DNA of 64,000 nucleotides from Gemmatimonadales bacterium (GCA_049680185.1 JBAUHI010000086.1:13231-77230); one strand, 5' to 3'; positions 19,643 through 31,550 are shown, counted from the first letter of the stretch. The notes: generated by a model not told the origin, from the sequence alone. A program made the numbers and translations.

Positions 19643-20770
19643 CTTCACGGCCCCCAGCAGTTCCGTGCCGATGGTCTCCGCTTGCCAGTTCCGGAGTTCG
19701 GGGACCTTTCGCAATTCCTCCAGCGACACCGGTGCCGCCCGCGCGATCGCCTCTAATGTCCCGTTGGGACAGAGGACGCCCGGCGCCAGCCCGATCCGCT
19801 CCGCCGCCGCAGTGCGCGCGGCCTTGAGGCGCTCCAGCCGCAGGTCGTAGGCGGGATCGGGAGGGGGACGCGTGCCCCGTTCGATCCGAGGCCACGCCGA
19901 TTCGGGGAGCGCCACCGCGTGCGCGACCGCCCGCAGCAGCTCTGCACCGTACCGCTCCGCCTGTCCTGGCGAGATCCCCTTGATCTCCTTCAGCTGCTCC
20001 ACGTTCTCGGGCCCCGTCATCGCTATCGCCAGTAATACATCCGGGTTGACCACCCGGAACGCCGCGCGGTCGAGGGTGCGGGCGGTGGCATCCCGCCAGG
20101 CGTACACCTCGCGCAGGATGGCCAACTGCCTGCCACGCAATTTCCCCGCTCCCTTCACGCGCAGGAATGCGAGCGATGCATCCTCGGGCTCCCAATGCAC
20201 CGAGGCCTGCCGCTCGAATTCCTCGACCGCCCAACTCCACCGCCCCGCGGCCACCAGCAGGTCGTACATCTGGTCGCGCAACGTTGGGAGATGACGGGTG
20301 TCCGCGGCAGCATACTCGAGCATTCCGGGCGCCAGGGGGCGGAGCGACCAGTCTGCCCGCTGGAACTTCTTGTCCACGGAGATGCCGAGGTATCTCTCCA
20401 GGAGTGCGGCAAGACCGATCGCCGGCTCGTTGAGGAGCTGGGCCGCGACCCGGGTGTCGAACAGGTGGGTGCAGTGGAATCCATGGTCGCGCGAGAGAAG
20501 CCGGAGATCGTAATCCGCGTCGTGGAAGACCACCTCGACCTCGGGATCGGCCACCAAGGCGCCAATGCCACCAAGATCGGGGACGGCGAGCGGATCGATG
20601 ACCGCGGTGATGTCGCGTGTCGATGCCTGCACCAGACAGACCGCGTCGGAGTAGCGGTGGAAACTGGCGGCCTCGGTATCGAGCGCCAGCAGCGGCGGAC
20701 GACCGATCCTGGCCAGGAACGACGCCAGGCCATCGGCCGTGGCGATCAGGCCGGCGTCATTGCTCGGCAC
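19634..20770 (-). CDS. rnd: ribonuclease D
   Basis: DEDDy exonuclease motifs LALDTEA, HDADYDL and YAAADTRHL, plus a C-terminal HRDC region. I trimmed the start to GTG 20770 to limit overlap with the upstream small ORF. Confidence 0.85.
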   Translation of the reverse strand: MPSNDAGLIATADGLASFLARIGRPPLLALDTEAASFHRYSDAVCLVQASTRDITAVIDPLAVPDLGGIGALVADPEVEVVFHDADYDLRLLSRDHGFHCTHLFDTRVAAQLLNEPAIGLAALLERYLGISVDKKFQRADWSLRPLAPGMLEYAAADTRHLPTLRDQMYDLLVAAGRWSWAVEEFERQASVHWEPEDASLAFLRVKGAGKLRGRQLAILREVYAWRDATARTLDRAAFRVVNPDVLLAIAMTGPENVEQLKEIKGISPGQAERYGAELLRAVAHAVALPESAWPRIERGTRPPPDPAYDLRLERLKAARTAAAERIGLAPGVLCPNGTLEAIARAAPVSLEELRKVPELRNWQAETIGTELLGAVKGG

Positions 20771-20930
20771 GTGATACGATCTCGAGGCCGGCGGCGGCCT
20801 CGTCGAGCGCCTTGGCCAGCGTCTTCCAGAATTCGGCGTCGGGTTGTGCAGTACCACCGGTCGCGGCGTCCATCTGGAGCTTTCGGGTCAGTTTGGCAGC
20901 GTGTCGGATGTATTCGGTCGGTGGTCGCAT
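20757..20930 (-). CDS. small hypothetical protein (57 aa)
   Basis: MRPPTEYIRHAAKLTRKLQMD... is preceded by GGAGA. It is predicted helical and overlaps the rnd start by 14 nt. No family recognised. Confidence 0.35.
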   Translation of the reverse strand: MRPPTEYIRHAAKLTRKLQMDAATGGTAQPDAEFWKTLAKALDEAAAGLEIVSRAEQ

Positions 20931-21043
20931 GGCGAGGGTCTCCCTGGGGCCGGCGGCTATCCCGATGGCGTGCGGCGCCATATTATCCCGTCAGAACCTA
21001 GCCGAGATGTGCGCTCCGAAGAAATCACCGGCCATCGGATCCC

Positions 21044-22252
21044 ATGCAGACCCCCGACATCGACCTCACCGTATACCCTGACGAGTGTGATGCCTTCGGG
21101 CACCTCAACCAGGCCTCGTTCCTCTCCCTCTTCGAGCGGGCCCGTTGGGAGATGTTCGCCCGTGGCCCCGGGATGGACGTGTTCAGCCGCGGGAGTACCT
21201 GGCCCGCCGTACGCAAGACGACCATCGACTACCACGCCCCGGCCCTCCCCGGTGACGTGCTGCGTTTCCAGCAGGCCCTCACCCACCACGGCCAGACCAG
21301 CTTCACGATGCGCCAGACGGCCCGGCGGGTGGAAGATGATTCTCTGATCGCCACGGCCGAGTTCGTCTTCGTCTGCATCAACTCGGAGGGCCGCCCGGTG
21401 CCGGTGCCGGTCGAGGTGGCGCGATTCATGAATGCCCGCCCCTCCAGCCGGGGCGAGATGGCGCGCCTCACGGTCAACGGGGTCAACCTGGCGGTCGACA
21501 TCCGGGGCGATGGACCGGCCATCCTCTTCGTGCACGGCTATCCGCTGGACCGGACCATCTGGCAGCACCAGATCGGCGCGCTCACCGGCTGGCGCCGCAT
21601 TGCCCCGGACTTGCGCGGCTTCGGTCTCTCCGACGCGCCGGATCTCGGCTATTCGATGGCCACCTACGCCGACGATCTCGCCGCACTCCTCGATGCACTC
21701 GGCGTCCAGCAGGCGGTGGTCTGCGGCCACTCGATGGGCGGGTACATCGCGTTCGAATTCGCGCGCCGGTTCCGTGACCGGCTGAGAGCGCTGATCCTCG
21801 TTGACACCCGCGCGGAGGCGGATTCCGCCGACGGCCGGAAGGCGCGGGAGGCCGCCATGGTGATCGCCCGGGAGCAAGGGCCGCGCGCGATCGCCGAGCA
21901 GATGCTGCCGCTGATGCTGGCCACCGACGCCACGCAATTGATGCCCCAGGTCGCCGATCGGGTCCGGGTCATCATGGAGTCCGCGCCGGTGAGCGGGATC
22001 CTCGGCGCGCTCGGTGCCATGCGCGATCGGCCGGACAGCACGCCCTTGCTCCCCGCGCTTGCCAGTGTGCCGTCGCTCGTGATCGTCGGCGACCAGGACG
22101 CGCTCACTCCACCAGCGACGGCCAAGGCCATCGTCGATGGGATCCCGGGTGCGGTGCTCGGTGTCATTCCGAACGCCGGACACCTCCCGTCGGTCGAACA
22201 GCCGCTCGCCACCACTCGCATCATCAACGAATTCCTGGAGTCGCTCCGGTGA
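21044..22252 (+). CDS. fusion protein: 4HBT/YbgC-like acyl-CoA thioesterase + alpha/beta hydrolase
   Basis: The N-terminal 130 aa carry the hot-dog thioesterase motif YPDECDAFGHLNQASFLSLFERARWE. The C-terminal about 265 aa carry VHGYPLD and the nucleophile elbow GHSMGG. Confidence 0.8.
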   Translation: MQTPDIDLTVYPDECDAFGHLNQASFLSLFERARWEMFARGPGMDVFSRGSTWPAVRKTTIDYHAPALPGDVLRFQQALTHHGQTSFTMRQTARRVEDDSLIATAEFVFVCINSEGRPVPVPVEVARFMNARPSSRGEMARLTVNGVNLAVDIRGDGPAILFVHGYPLDRTIWQHQIGALTGWRRIAPDLRGFGLSDAPDLGYSMATYADDLAALLDALGVQQAVVCGHSMGGYIAFEFARRFRDRLRALILVDTRAEADSADGRKAREAAMVIAREQGPRAIAEQMLPLMLATDATQLMPQVADRVRVIMESAPVSGILGALGAMRDRPDSTPLLPALASVPSLVIVGDQDALTPPATAKAIVDGIPGAVLGVIPNAGHLPSVEQPLATTRIINEFLESLR

Positions 22253-22347
22253 AACCATCCGGCATTCCGGGGCGTCTATAAGATGGCGGTCGGACCCTAC
22301 TCCCTCGGGTCCACGCCGATCGAAGTCAGTGGTCCCTCCTGATCGGG

Positions 22348-22383
22348 CCCCGGGGTCGCGGCCAAGGCAGTACGACCCCGGGG
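22348..22383. terminator. GC hairpin in convergent spacer
   Basis: Perfect 11-bp stem CCCCGGGGTCG / CGACCCCGGGG with a 14-nt loop. No U-tract. Confidence 0.4.
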
Positions 22384-22476
22384 TCTGCCACGTCCGGGAG
22401 TGTCACCTCCGGATGCGAACACCCCCCGCCAGACAGGCGAGGGGTGCCAGGGGTCGTGCGGGTCGATCGGTCGCCG

Positions 22477-22740
22477 TCACCGTTTCGGGCGACCCGGCGG
22501 CGTGTCCGAACTGAACACCATCTTGTTCTTCTCGATGTACTGCACCAGGTTGGCGGGCACATCCTCCTCGGGGAAGATGGCCGTGACCGGACACTCCGGT
22601 TCACAGGCACCGCAATCGATGCACTCATCTGGGTGGATGTAGAGCTGGTCCTCTCCTTCATAGATGCAATCGACGGGGCAGACGTCGACACACGCCCGAT
22701 CCTTCACGCCGATGCACGCTTCGGTGATGACGTACGTCAT
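22477..22740 (-). CDS. 7Fe-type ferredoxin (FdxA-like)
   Basis: [29 protein letters not shown]...[16 protein letters not shown] shows the classic [3Fe-4S][4Fe-4S] cysteine pattern. I trimmed the start to ATG 22740, which is preceded by AGGAGG. Confidence 0.9.
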   Translation of the reverse strand: MTYVITEACIGVKDRACVDVCPVDCIYEGEDQLYIHPDECIDCGACEPECPVTAIFPEEDVPANLVQYIEKNKMVFSSDTPPGRPKR

Positions 22741-22870
22741 TCCTGCCGGACCTCCTGCCGGATCGAATTCGAGTCCTGAACCACGAAGCTCATAAGTATG
22801 AGAAGGCCGCGCGGTGCGCAAGGGGAGCGCGGGCGCCGGCGACCATTCATCATCACGGTATCTTCATCGG

Positions 22871-24928
22871 ATGCGCGGGATCACCCTCAGTGCGACGATG
22901 CTGTTCGCCTTCGCGGCGGGCGCCACGGCCCAAACACCTTGCGTCCGCGGGGGCACGGCGCTCGTGCTCTCGGGCGGCGGGGCCAAGGGATTGGCGCACA
23001 TCGGCGTGCTGCGCGCCCTCGACAGCCTGGGGATCCATCCGGACCTGATCGTCGGATCGAGCATGGGCGCGGTCATCGGCGCGCTCTATGCCAGCGGGCA
23101 CTCCCCCGCCGGGATCGATTCACTCTTCCGCGCCATCCCATCGTCCTCGGCATTCCACTCCGACATCCGGGTCATGCCCAGGGCCCTCGGCCCCCTTCGG
23201 CCGGTGGTGTCGTGGGAGCAGACCGATCATGGGCTCGAGCTCCAGCGGTCGGCGGTCAAGGACGGACCGATCAACGCCTTGCTGAGCGCCACCCTTCTCA
23301 CTGGCGATCTCGCGGCCCGCGGTGATTTTTGTCGCCTGCCGATCCCCTTCTACGCGGTCGCGACCGACCTGCAGCGTCGCCAGGCGGTGGCGCTCGGCAC
23401 CGGCGACCTGGCGCTGGCCGTCCGTAGCAGCATGGCCATACCGTTGGTCTTCGAGCCGGTCCGTCTGGATGGGCGCTATCTGGCCGATGGCGGCCTCACC
23501 GCCAACACCCCCGTCACCGTGGCGCGCGAACTCGGCGCTGAACGCCTCATCATCTCGGAGATGATCCAGCAGGACGAGGACTCGGTGGACCTCGCATCGC
23601 CGCTGACGCTGGCCAATTACCTCCTGACCTTCCTTTTCCGGCAGCCCGGTGACACGGCATTCCCGTCGGATGTGATGATCCGCTCCGACGTGACCGGCAT
23701 CGGGAATCTCGACTTCACCATTGCCAGTCTCGACACCGCGGAGGCACACGGATACGCCGCCACCCTCGCGGCTTTTTCCGCGCCACGGGCCAAGGTCGAT
23801 GGTCGGTCGCGGGCCGTGCCGGTCAACGTGGTGCCGATCCTCGCCAGTGTCTCCACCACCGGGTTGAAGGACACCGATGCACGCGACCTCCTCCAGGCGC
23901 TGTCGCTCCGGCCGGGTTCGCCGGTCGACACGGTGCGCCTGCGGAACGGCCTGCTGGACCTTGCCCGGTCCGATCGGTTCCGCGGTGTTTGGCTCCATCC
24001 TGACACCGGCGCACCAGGCGACTCCCTGCACTTGAGGCTCGAGGTCCAAAAGGCGCCGACCCGGGTGGCGGGACTGGGGCTCGCCTACGACAACGAGTTG
24101 GGGGCTCGGCTCTGGATCGGCGGGGTGGATTGGCGGATCGTCGATCGGGCGGCGGAAGCGAGTGCGGCGGCGTTCTTCGGCGGGCTGGAGACCAGGATCG
24201 CCTTGGGTCTCCGGCGGACCTGGCGCAGCAGTGCCATCCCCCGACCGACCATCACCCTGACCCTGAGCGACCAACAGATCCGGACGTTCGACGGTGATGG
24301 GAACCAGTTGGCCAAACTCGATGCGGAACAGGCGGTGGGATTTGTCGGCCTCGAAAAATCGTTCGGATCGCAATGGGTGGTCGATGCCGGACTGGTGGGG
24401 AGGGCGTGGGCCGAGCCAGCCGCAGCACACCAGCGTTCTGGCGGGGTCCGGTTCCGGGTGCTGCGCTCGGACCCTGAGAGCGACTCGCGCGTCGACCTGT
24501 CGTTGGAGTGGGCGGACCAATATCGGCGGGCGTCGTTCGAATGGCAGGAGCCGATCCACTGGGGTCGGGTCACGCTCACGCCGGGACTCCGGGCCGGGAT
24601 CGGTGATTCACTTCCACTCCAACTCACGTTCCCGCTGGGCGGCGATGACGGGTTCCCCGGGTTGCATATCTATGAGCTGCGTGGCGATCGCGAGTTGTTC
24701 GGGTCGATGACCATCGCGATCCCGATCGCGGGGTCGCTCGAGCTGCGCGCCCAGGGCGCCACCGGGCAGGTGGCGTTCGGCAACGCCGGAATGGCGCTGG
24801 ATGGATGGCATGTCGGGGGGCGCATCGGGCTCGGCATCAGCACGCCGCTCGGGCCCGCCCGGCTGGAGTACGGCGTGACCCGCGGATTCCGCAATCAGGT
24901 GGTGCTGCGGGTGGGACGGTGGTTCTAG
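22871..24928 (+). CDS. patatin-like phospholipase fused to Omp85/BamA-type beta-barrel (PlpD-like, type Vd architecture)
   Basis: Patatin motifs GGGAKG and GSSMGA, and a DGG segment. The C-terminal half has a beta-barrel pattern ending ...VLRVGRWF. The signal peptide begins at ATG 22871. Confidence 0.85.
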   Translation: MRGITLSATMLFAFAAGATAQTPCVRGGTALVLSGGGAKGLAHIGVLRALDSLGIHPDLIVGSSMGAVIGALYASGHSPAGIDSLFRAIPSSSAFHSDIRVMPRALGPLRPVVSWEQTDHGLELQRSAVKDGPINALLSATLLTGDLAARGDFCRLPIPFYAVATDLQRRQAVALGTGDLALAVRSSMAIPLVFEPVRLDGRYLADGGLTANTPVTVARELGAERLIISEMIQQDEDSVDLASPLTLANYLLTFLFRQPGDTAFPSDVMIRSDVTGIGNLDFTIASLDTAEAHGYAATLAAFSAPRAKVDGRSRAVPVNVVPILASVSTTGLKDTDARDLLQALSLRPGSPVDTVRLRNGLLDLARSDRFRGVWLHPDTGAPGDSLHLRLEVQKAPTRVAGLGLAYDNELGARLWIGGVDWRIVDRAAEASAAAFFGGLETRIALGLRRTWRSSAIPRPTITLTLSDQQIRTFDGDGNQLAKLDAEQAVGFVGLEKSFGSQWVVDAGLVGRAWAEPAAAHQRSGGVRFRVLRSDPESDSRVDLSLEWADQYRRASFEWQEPIHWGRVTLTPGLRAGIGDSLPLQLTFPLGGDDGFPGLHIYELRGDRELFGSMTIAIPIAGSLELRAQGATGQVAFGNAGMALDGWHVGGRIGLGISTPLGPARLEYGVTRGFRNQVVLRVGRWF

Positions 24929-24934
24929 TCGTGC

Positions 24935-25507
24935 TTAGAGCAATCCGGTGAGGGGCGTGGCGTAGTGGTTCGCCCGGGGTTCGGGAAGGCCGTAGCGGCC
25001 CTGGTCGCGGTAGAATCGCTCCCACTCCGCCCGGTAGCAGAACGGATCAAGTCCGTGCGGCCGATCCACTGGCAGCACGCCGTCGAGGTGGTCGATCTCG
25101 TGCTGTAGCAGCTCGGCCCGATCACCCTCGAGGTCGATCGAATGCTCGACGCCCTTCAGGTCCTGGTATTGGACCTTGATGCGGTAGGCCCGCATCACAC
25201 GGATCATCAGGTCCGGGATCGACAGGCAGTCATCCCACACGGTGAAGTCATCGGTGCCGATGTCGACGATCTCCGGGTTGAGGAGCGGCCAGGGCTGGTC
25301 GAGTTCCACATAGATCAGTCGCACCGGGGCGCCGATCTGGGGCGCGGCGAGGGCCCGCCCGAACCCCACGCGGGTGCGGACATCGCGGAGCGTGTCCCTC
25401 AGGTCATCGAGGACCACGCGCACCGCGGACGATCGCGGCTTCGCGATCGGTTCACAGCGGGCCCGGAGCACCGGGTCGCCAAGCAGTCGGATGCGGTGTA
25501 CGCTCAT
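24935..25507 (-). CDS. def: peptide deformylase
   Basis: Motifs LAAPQIG, DDCLSIP (EGCLS variant) and QHEIDHLDG. I trimmed the start to ATG 25507 (MSVHRIRLLGDP). Confidence 0.9.
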   Translation of the reverse strand: MSVHRIRLLGDPVLRARCEPIAKPRSSAVRVVLDDLRDTLRDVRTRVGFGRALAAPQIGAPVRLIYVELDQPWPLLNPEIVDIGTDDFTVWDDCLSIPDLMIRVMRAYRIKVQYQDLKGVEHSIDLEGDRAELLQHEIDHLDGVLPVDRPHGLDPFCYRAEWERFYRDQGRYGLPEPRANHYATPLTGLL

Positions 25508-25740
25508 CGTCGATCCGTCCTCAGAATAGGAGCGAGGCCAATATATGGGTTCTGGTGGAATTCGCACATCTCTTGAAGTAGTTGCTAAGCAAACTACTAA
25601 CACCTATTTCGGGCTTCTACCCAGGACGCAGAACAGACCAGCACCGGATGACGTCCATCAGTACAGTGCCGATGGCGGCGTCATTAAACTCTTCCCACAT
25701 CAGCGATTAGCCGTTGAGATTCCCGAAGCACGGCATTCGA

Positions 25741-25769
25741 TTGACAATCCCGACTTCCCAACATAGGAT
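25741..25769 (+). promoter_or_regulatory. candidate sigma70-type promoter of the suf operon
   Basis: TTGACA (25741-25746), a 17-nt spacer, then TAGGAT (25764-25769), about 43 nt upstream of the sufB ATG. A GGAGG RBS lies at 25798-25802. Confidence 0.45.
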
Positions 25770-25811
25770 TCACGTTTTACGGGCCAGTCGTGTCGTCGGA
25801 GGCGAGTCGCG

Positions 25812-27245
<1,434 letters not shown>

Positions 27246-27270
27246 GCCAGACCGCGGGGCTGATGTTGCT

Positions 27271-27305
27271 GACCCACGACCCACGACACTTGACTCACGA
27301 CCCTT
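27271..27305. repeat. tandem heptamers GACCCAC GACCCAC GACACTT GACTCAC GACCCTT
   Basis: Five period-7 units fill the sufB-sufC spacer and abut the sufC RBS (GGAG at 27307-27310). Confidence 0.65.
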
Positions 27306-27315
27306 CGGAGTAGCT

Positions 27316-28070
<755 letters not shown>

Positions 28071-28074
<4 letters not shown>

Positions 28075-29363
28075 CCCAGGTGTTCCAGGAACAGTTCGCC
28101 CGCACCCTCGGGAGCGCTTCGCCGGAGTGGCTCACCGCGCTGCGTGAATTGGGCATGGCCCGGTTCACCGACGTCGGTTTCCCCACCCTGCACGATGAAG
28201 ACTGGCGCTTCACCGATATCGGTCCGATCACCAAGGCCACCTTCAACGCGGCCGGTGCGGGTGCGGCGGTCTCCGCCGGTGCCATCGCGCCGTTCGCGTT
28301 CGGTGTCAGCGAGGGCGTGCGCCTCACCTTCGTCGATGGCCACTTTGTGCCGGGGCTCTCGCTCCGTCCGGCGCTCCCCGCCGGCGTGACGGTGGCGCCT
28401 CTCTCCGAGATCATCGACACTCCCGCCGGTGCCGCACTCCTGGCGCGACGCCTCGGCCACCTCACGCCGGTGGAGATGACACCCTTCGTCGCACTCAATG
28501 CGGCGCTCTTCAGCGACGGTGCCGTGGTCCACGTTGCGGCCAGTGTGGTCGACACACCGACCATCCACCTGCTTTTCGTGTCGAGCAGTGCTGCGGCCGG
28601 CACGATGGCGCATCTCCGCAACGTGGTCGTGGTCGAGCGGGGCGCGTCCGCCCGGGTGGTGGAGCACTATGTGTCCCTCTCCGACGGCGAATACCTCGTC
28701 AACGCCGCCACCGAGGTCGACCTGGGTGACAACGCCGAGCTCACGCACTACCAGGTGCAGCGACAGGGCGCCCGCGCGTTCCAGCTCGCGGCGATCCACG
28801 CCCGGCAGGGGCGCGACAGCCGGTACCACGGCTTTTCGGCCGCCATCGGCGGACGGATCGGCCGGAACGACACCCGCACGGTCTTTGCCGGGACCGGTGG
28901 GGAGTGCACCCTCAATGGCCTTTACCTGGCGCGCGCCGACCAGCTCCTCGACAACCACACGTCCATCGAGCACCGCGAGCCGAACTGCGGCAGTCGCCAG
29001 CTCTACAAGGGTGTGCTGACAGGCAAGGCGCACGCGGTGTTCAACGGCAAGGTGCTGGTGACCCCCGAGGCGCAGAAGACCGACGGGAAGCAGACCAACC
29101 GGAACCTGATCCTCTCCGATCATGCCCGGGTCGACACCAAGCCGCAGCTCGAGATCTTTGCAGACGACGTGAAGTGCACCCACGGTGCCACGGTCGGACG
29201 GCTGGAGGAGCTCCCGCTCTTCTATCTCAAGAGTCGGGGCGTCGGCCCGGTGCTGGGCCAGAAGATCCTTACCTATGCGTTCGCCGCGGAGATGCTCACC
29301 AGCCTCGCCATCGATCCGGTGCGGGCGCAGCTCGAAGCCCTGGTGAGCGCGTGGCTGGAGTGA
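28071..29363 (+). CDS. sufD: Fe-S cluster assembly protein SufD
   Basis: SufB/SufD-family C-terminal beta-helix (NRNLILSD..., HGATVGRL, LFYLKSRG). I trimmed the start to the GTG that overlaps the sufC stop (GTGA). Confidence 0.9.
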
Positions 29364-30640
29364 TCCGCTCCGCTCCGCGCGCAGCGCCGCCCGTGCCGGC
29401 GGCCACCCGGAAGGGCGCCCTGACGTCCGATCCGGCCGCCATTCGCGCGGCGTTCCCGGTGCTTGCCCGTCAGGTCCACGGCCGTCCGCTCGTGTACCTC
29501 GACAGTGCGGCCTCCGCCCAGATGCCTGCGGTGGCCGTCGATGCGATGGTCCGGCACCAGACCGAGGGACATGCCAACGTCCACCGCGGTGTCCACACGC
29601 TGAGCTACGAGGCCACCGAAGCGTACGATGCGGTGCGCGAACAGGTCCGGGTGTTCGTCAACGCCCCCTCGGTCGATGAAGTGGTCTTTGCCCACGGCAC
29701 GACCAGCGCCATCAACCTCGTGGCCCGCAGTTGGGGGGATGGACACGTCAAGCAGGGCGACGAGATCCTCGTCACCCTGCTCGAACACCACAGCAACTTC
29801 GTCCCCTGGCAGATGCTGGCAGAGCGGTCCGGCGCCACGCTCAAAGTGGCACCGCTCCTGCCCGATGGCGCGCTCGACCAGGACGCTTTCGAACGCCTCC
29901 TCACGGACCGCACCCGGATCGTGGCGGTGGCCCATGTGTCCAACGTGCTTGGCACCGTGCTGCCGATCCGGTGGATCGCGGACCTCGCGCACCGACGTGG
30001 CGCCGTCGTGCTCGTCGATGGCGCGCAGTCGGCGCCTCATTTTCCTGTTGACGTGCAGGCGCTCGGCTGCGACTTCTTCATCTGTTCCGGCCACAAGCTC
30101 TACGGGCCCACCGGTGTCGGGATCCTCTGGGGCAGGCTCTCGCTCCTCGAGTCGATGGCCCCGTACGAGACCGGCGGGGGCATGATCGAACGCGTCACGG
30201 TAGAGCGCACCACCTTTGCGCCGCCGCCGGGCCGCTTCGAGGCGGGGACGCCCCCGATCCTCCCCGTCGTCGGGTTGGGCGCTGCGATCGAGTGGGTGTC
30301 GGGCCTGGACCGGACCGTCGTGGCCGCGCATGAACAGATGCTCCTGACGCGCGCAACCGAGCGTTTGGCCGAACTGCCTGGGCTCCGGATCGTGGGTACT
30401 GCGCCGGGCAAGATCAGCGTGCTGTCGTTCGTGATGGATGGCGTGCACCCGCACGACATCGGGACAGTCCTCGATGCGGAAGGGATCGCGGTCCGCGCCG
30501 GGCATCATTGCGCCCAGCCCCTGATGCAGCACCTCGGCTTGTCGGGCACAGCGCGCGCATCGTTCGGGGCCTACAACGACGTCGCCGATGTCGACGCATT
30601 GGTGCGGGGGATGGAGCGGGTACGAAAGGTGTTCGGATGA
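29360..30640 (+). CDS. sufS: cysteine desulfurase SufS
   Basis: VYLDSAASAQ, the PLP-lysine region SGHKLYGPTGVG, and active-site RAGHHCAQP. The start GTG overlaps the sufD stop. Confidence 0.9.
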   Translation: MIRSAPRAAPPVPAATRKGALTSDPAAIRAAFPVLARQVHGRPLVYLDSAASAQMPAVAVDAMVRHQTEGHANVHRGVHTLSYEATEAYDAVREQVRVFVNAPSVDEVVFAHGTTSAINLVARSWGDGHVKQGDEILVTLLEHHSNFVPWQMLAERSGATLKVAPLLPDGALDQDAFERLLTDRTRIVAVAHVSNVLGTVLPIRWIADLAHRRGAVVLVDGAQSAPHFPVDVQALGCDFFICSGHKLYGPTGVGILWGRLSLLESMAPYETGGGMIERVTVERTTFAPPPGRFEAGTPPILPVVGLGAAIEWVSGLDRTVVAAHEQMLLTRATERLAELPGLRIVGTAPGKISVLSFVMDGVHPHDIGTVLDAEGIAVRAGHHCAQPLMQHLGLSGTARASFGAYNDVADVDALVRGMERVRKVFG

Positions 30641-31095
30641 CACCCGACCTCGCCGAGCTCTACCAGGCACTGATCCTGGACCACAACCGGTCCCCCAGGA
30701 ACTGCCGGGCAATGGCGAACGCCGATGGGCGGGCCGAAGGCTATAACCCGCTCTGTGGCGATGAGATCACGGTCTGGATCAAGCGCGATGGCGATCGGAT
30801 CGTCGATATCAGCTTCCAGAGCCAGGGCTGCGCCATCTCCCGGGCCTCGGCCTCGTTGATGACCGCCGCAGTCAAGGGGAAGACCACCGCGGAGGCCGAA
30901 CTCCTCTTCGGCGGGTTCCACGCGCTCATCACCGGCGCGCCCTCCCCTGCCCCGGCGCCCGAACTCGGCAAGCTCGCCGCACTCGCCGGCGTCGCCGAGT
31001 TCCCCATCCGCGTCAAGTGCGCCAGCTTGAGCTGGCACGCGCTCCGTGCGGCGCTGCAACAGCACGAAGGATCCGTTCCCGCTTCCACCGAGTGA
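30637..31095 (+). CDS. sufU: SufU/IscU-like sulfur-acceptor scaffold
   Basis: NPLCGDE, GCAISRASAS and VKCASLSWHAL motifs. The ATG overlaps the sufS stop (ATGA). Confidence 0.85.
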   Translation: MTPDLAELYQALILDHNRSPRNCRAMANADGRAEGYNPLCGDEITVWIKRDGDRIVDISFQSQGCAISRASASLMTAAVKGKTTAEAELLFGGFHALITGAPSPAPAPELGKLAALAGVAEFPIRVKCASLSWHALRAALQQHEGSVPASTE

Positions 31096-31120
31096 TCACG
31101 CCCCTTTCCCGGAGTTCGCG

Positions 31121-31549
31121 ATGCCGTATCCCGAAATGATGATCAAGCCGATGCGTGAGGAGGTCACCCGCCTTGGCGTGCAGGAACTGAAGACCGCGCC
31201 CGATGTCGATGCCGCCCTCGGCAACGAGTCCGGCACCTCGCTGGTGTTCATCAATTCCGTCTGTGGTTGCGCCGCCGGTACCGCGCGGCCTGGCCTGGCG
31301 CTGGCGCTCAAGCACTCCACGCTGCCGCAGAATCTCTACACCGTTTTTGCGGGTCAGGATCTCGAGTCGACCCAGCGCGCGCGCAGCTACTTCGGCGAGT
31401 ACCAGCCGAGTTCCCCGTCGATCGCGCTGATGCGCGATGGGGAGGTCCTGCACTTTGTGCACCGCCACATGATCGAAGGACGCTCCCCGGAGCAGATCTC
31501 GGCGGACCTGGTCGCGGCCTTCGACAAGTACTGCGCGGTGGCGGTCTGA
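31121..31549 (+). CDS. bacilliredoxin (BrxA/BrxB, DUF1094 family)
   Basis: CGC active-site context FINSVCGCAAGTARP and conserved VFAGQD, SSPSIAL and the HRHMIEG tail. The ATG is preceded by GGAG. Confidence 0.8.
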   Translation: MPYPEMMIKPMREEVTRLGVQELKTAPDVDAALGNESGTSLVFINSVCGCAAGTARPGLALALKHSTLPQNLYTVFAGQDLESTQRARSYFGEYQPSSPSIALMRDGEVLHFVHRHMIEGRSPEQISADLVAAFDKYCAVAV

Positions 31550-31550
31550 G

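Noticed and set aside
22348-22383. The GCCAAGGCAG string recalls the SRP (4.5S) RNA conserved region
   Set aside because: The 5' partner sequence and the GGAA tetraloop of SRP domain IV are missing on either strand. It is simply the loop of an 11-bp GC hairpin.
25545-25766. 73-aa ORF in the def-sufB spacer
   Set aside because: Its codon usage is unlike all credible genes here (A/T-rich third positions). It has no RBS and overlaps the predicted suf promoter.
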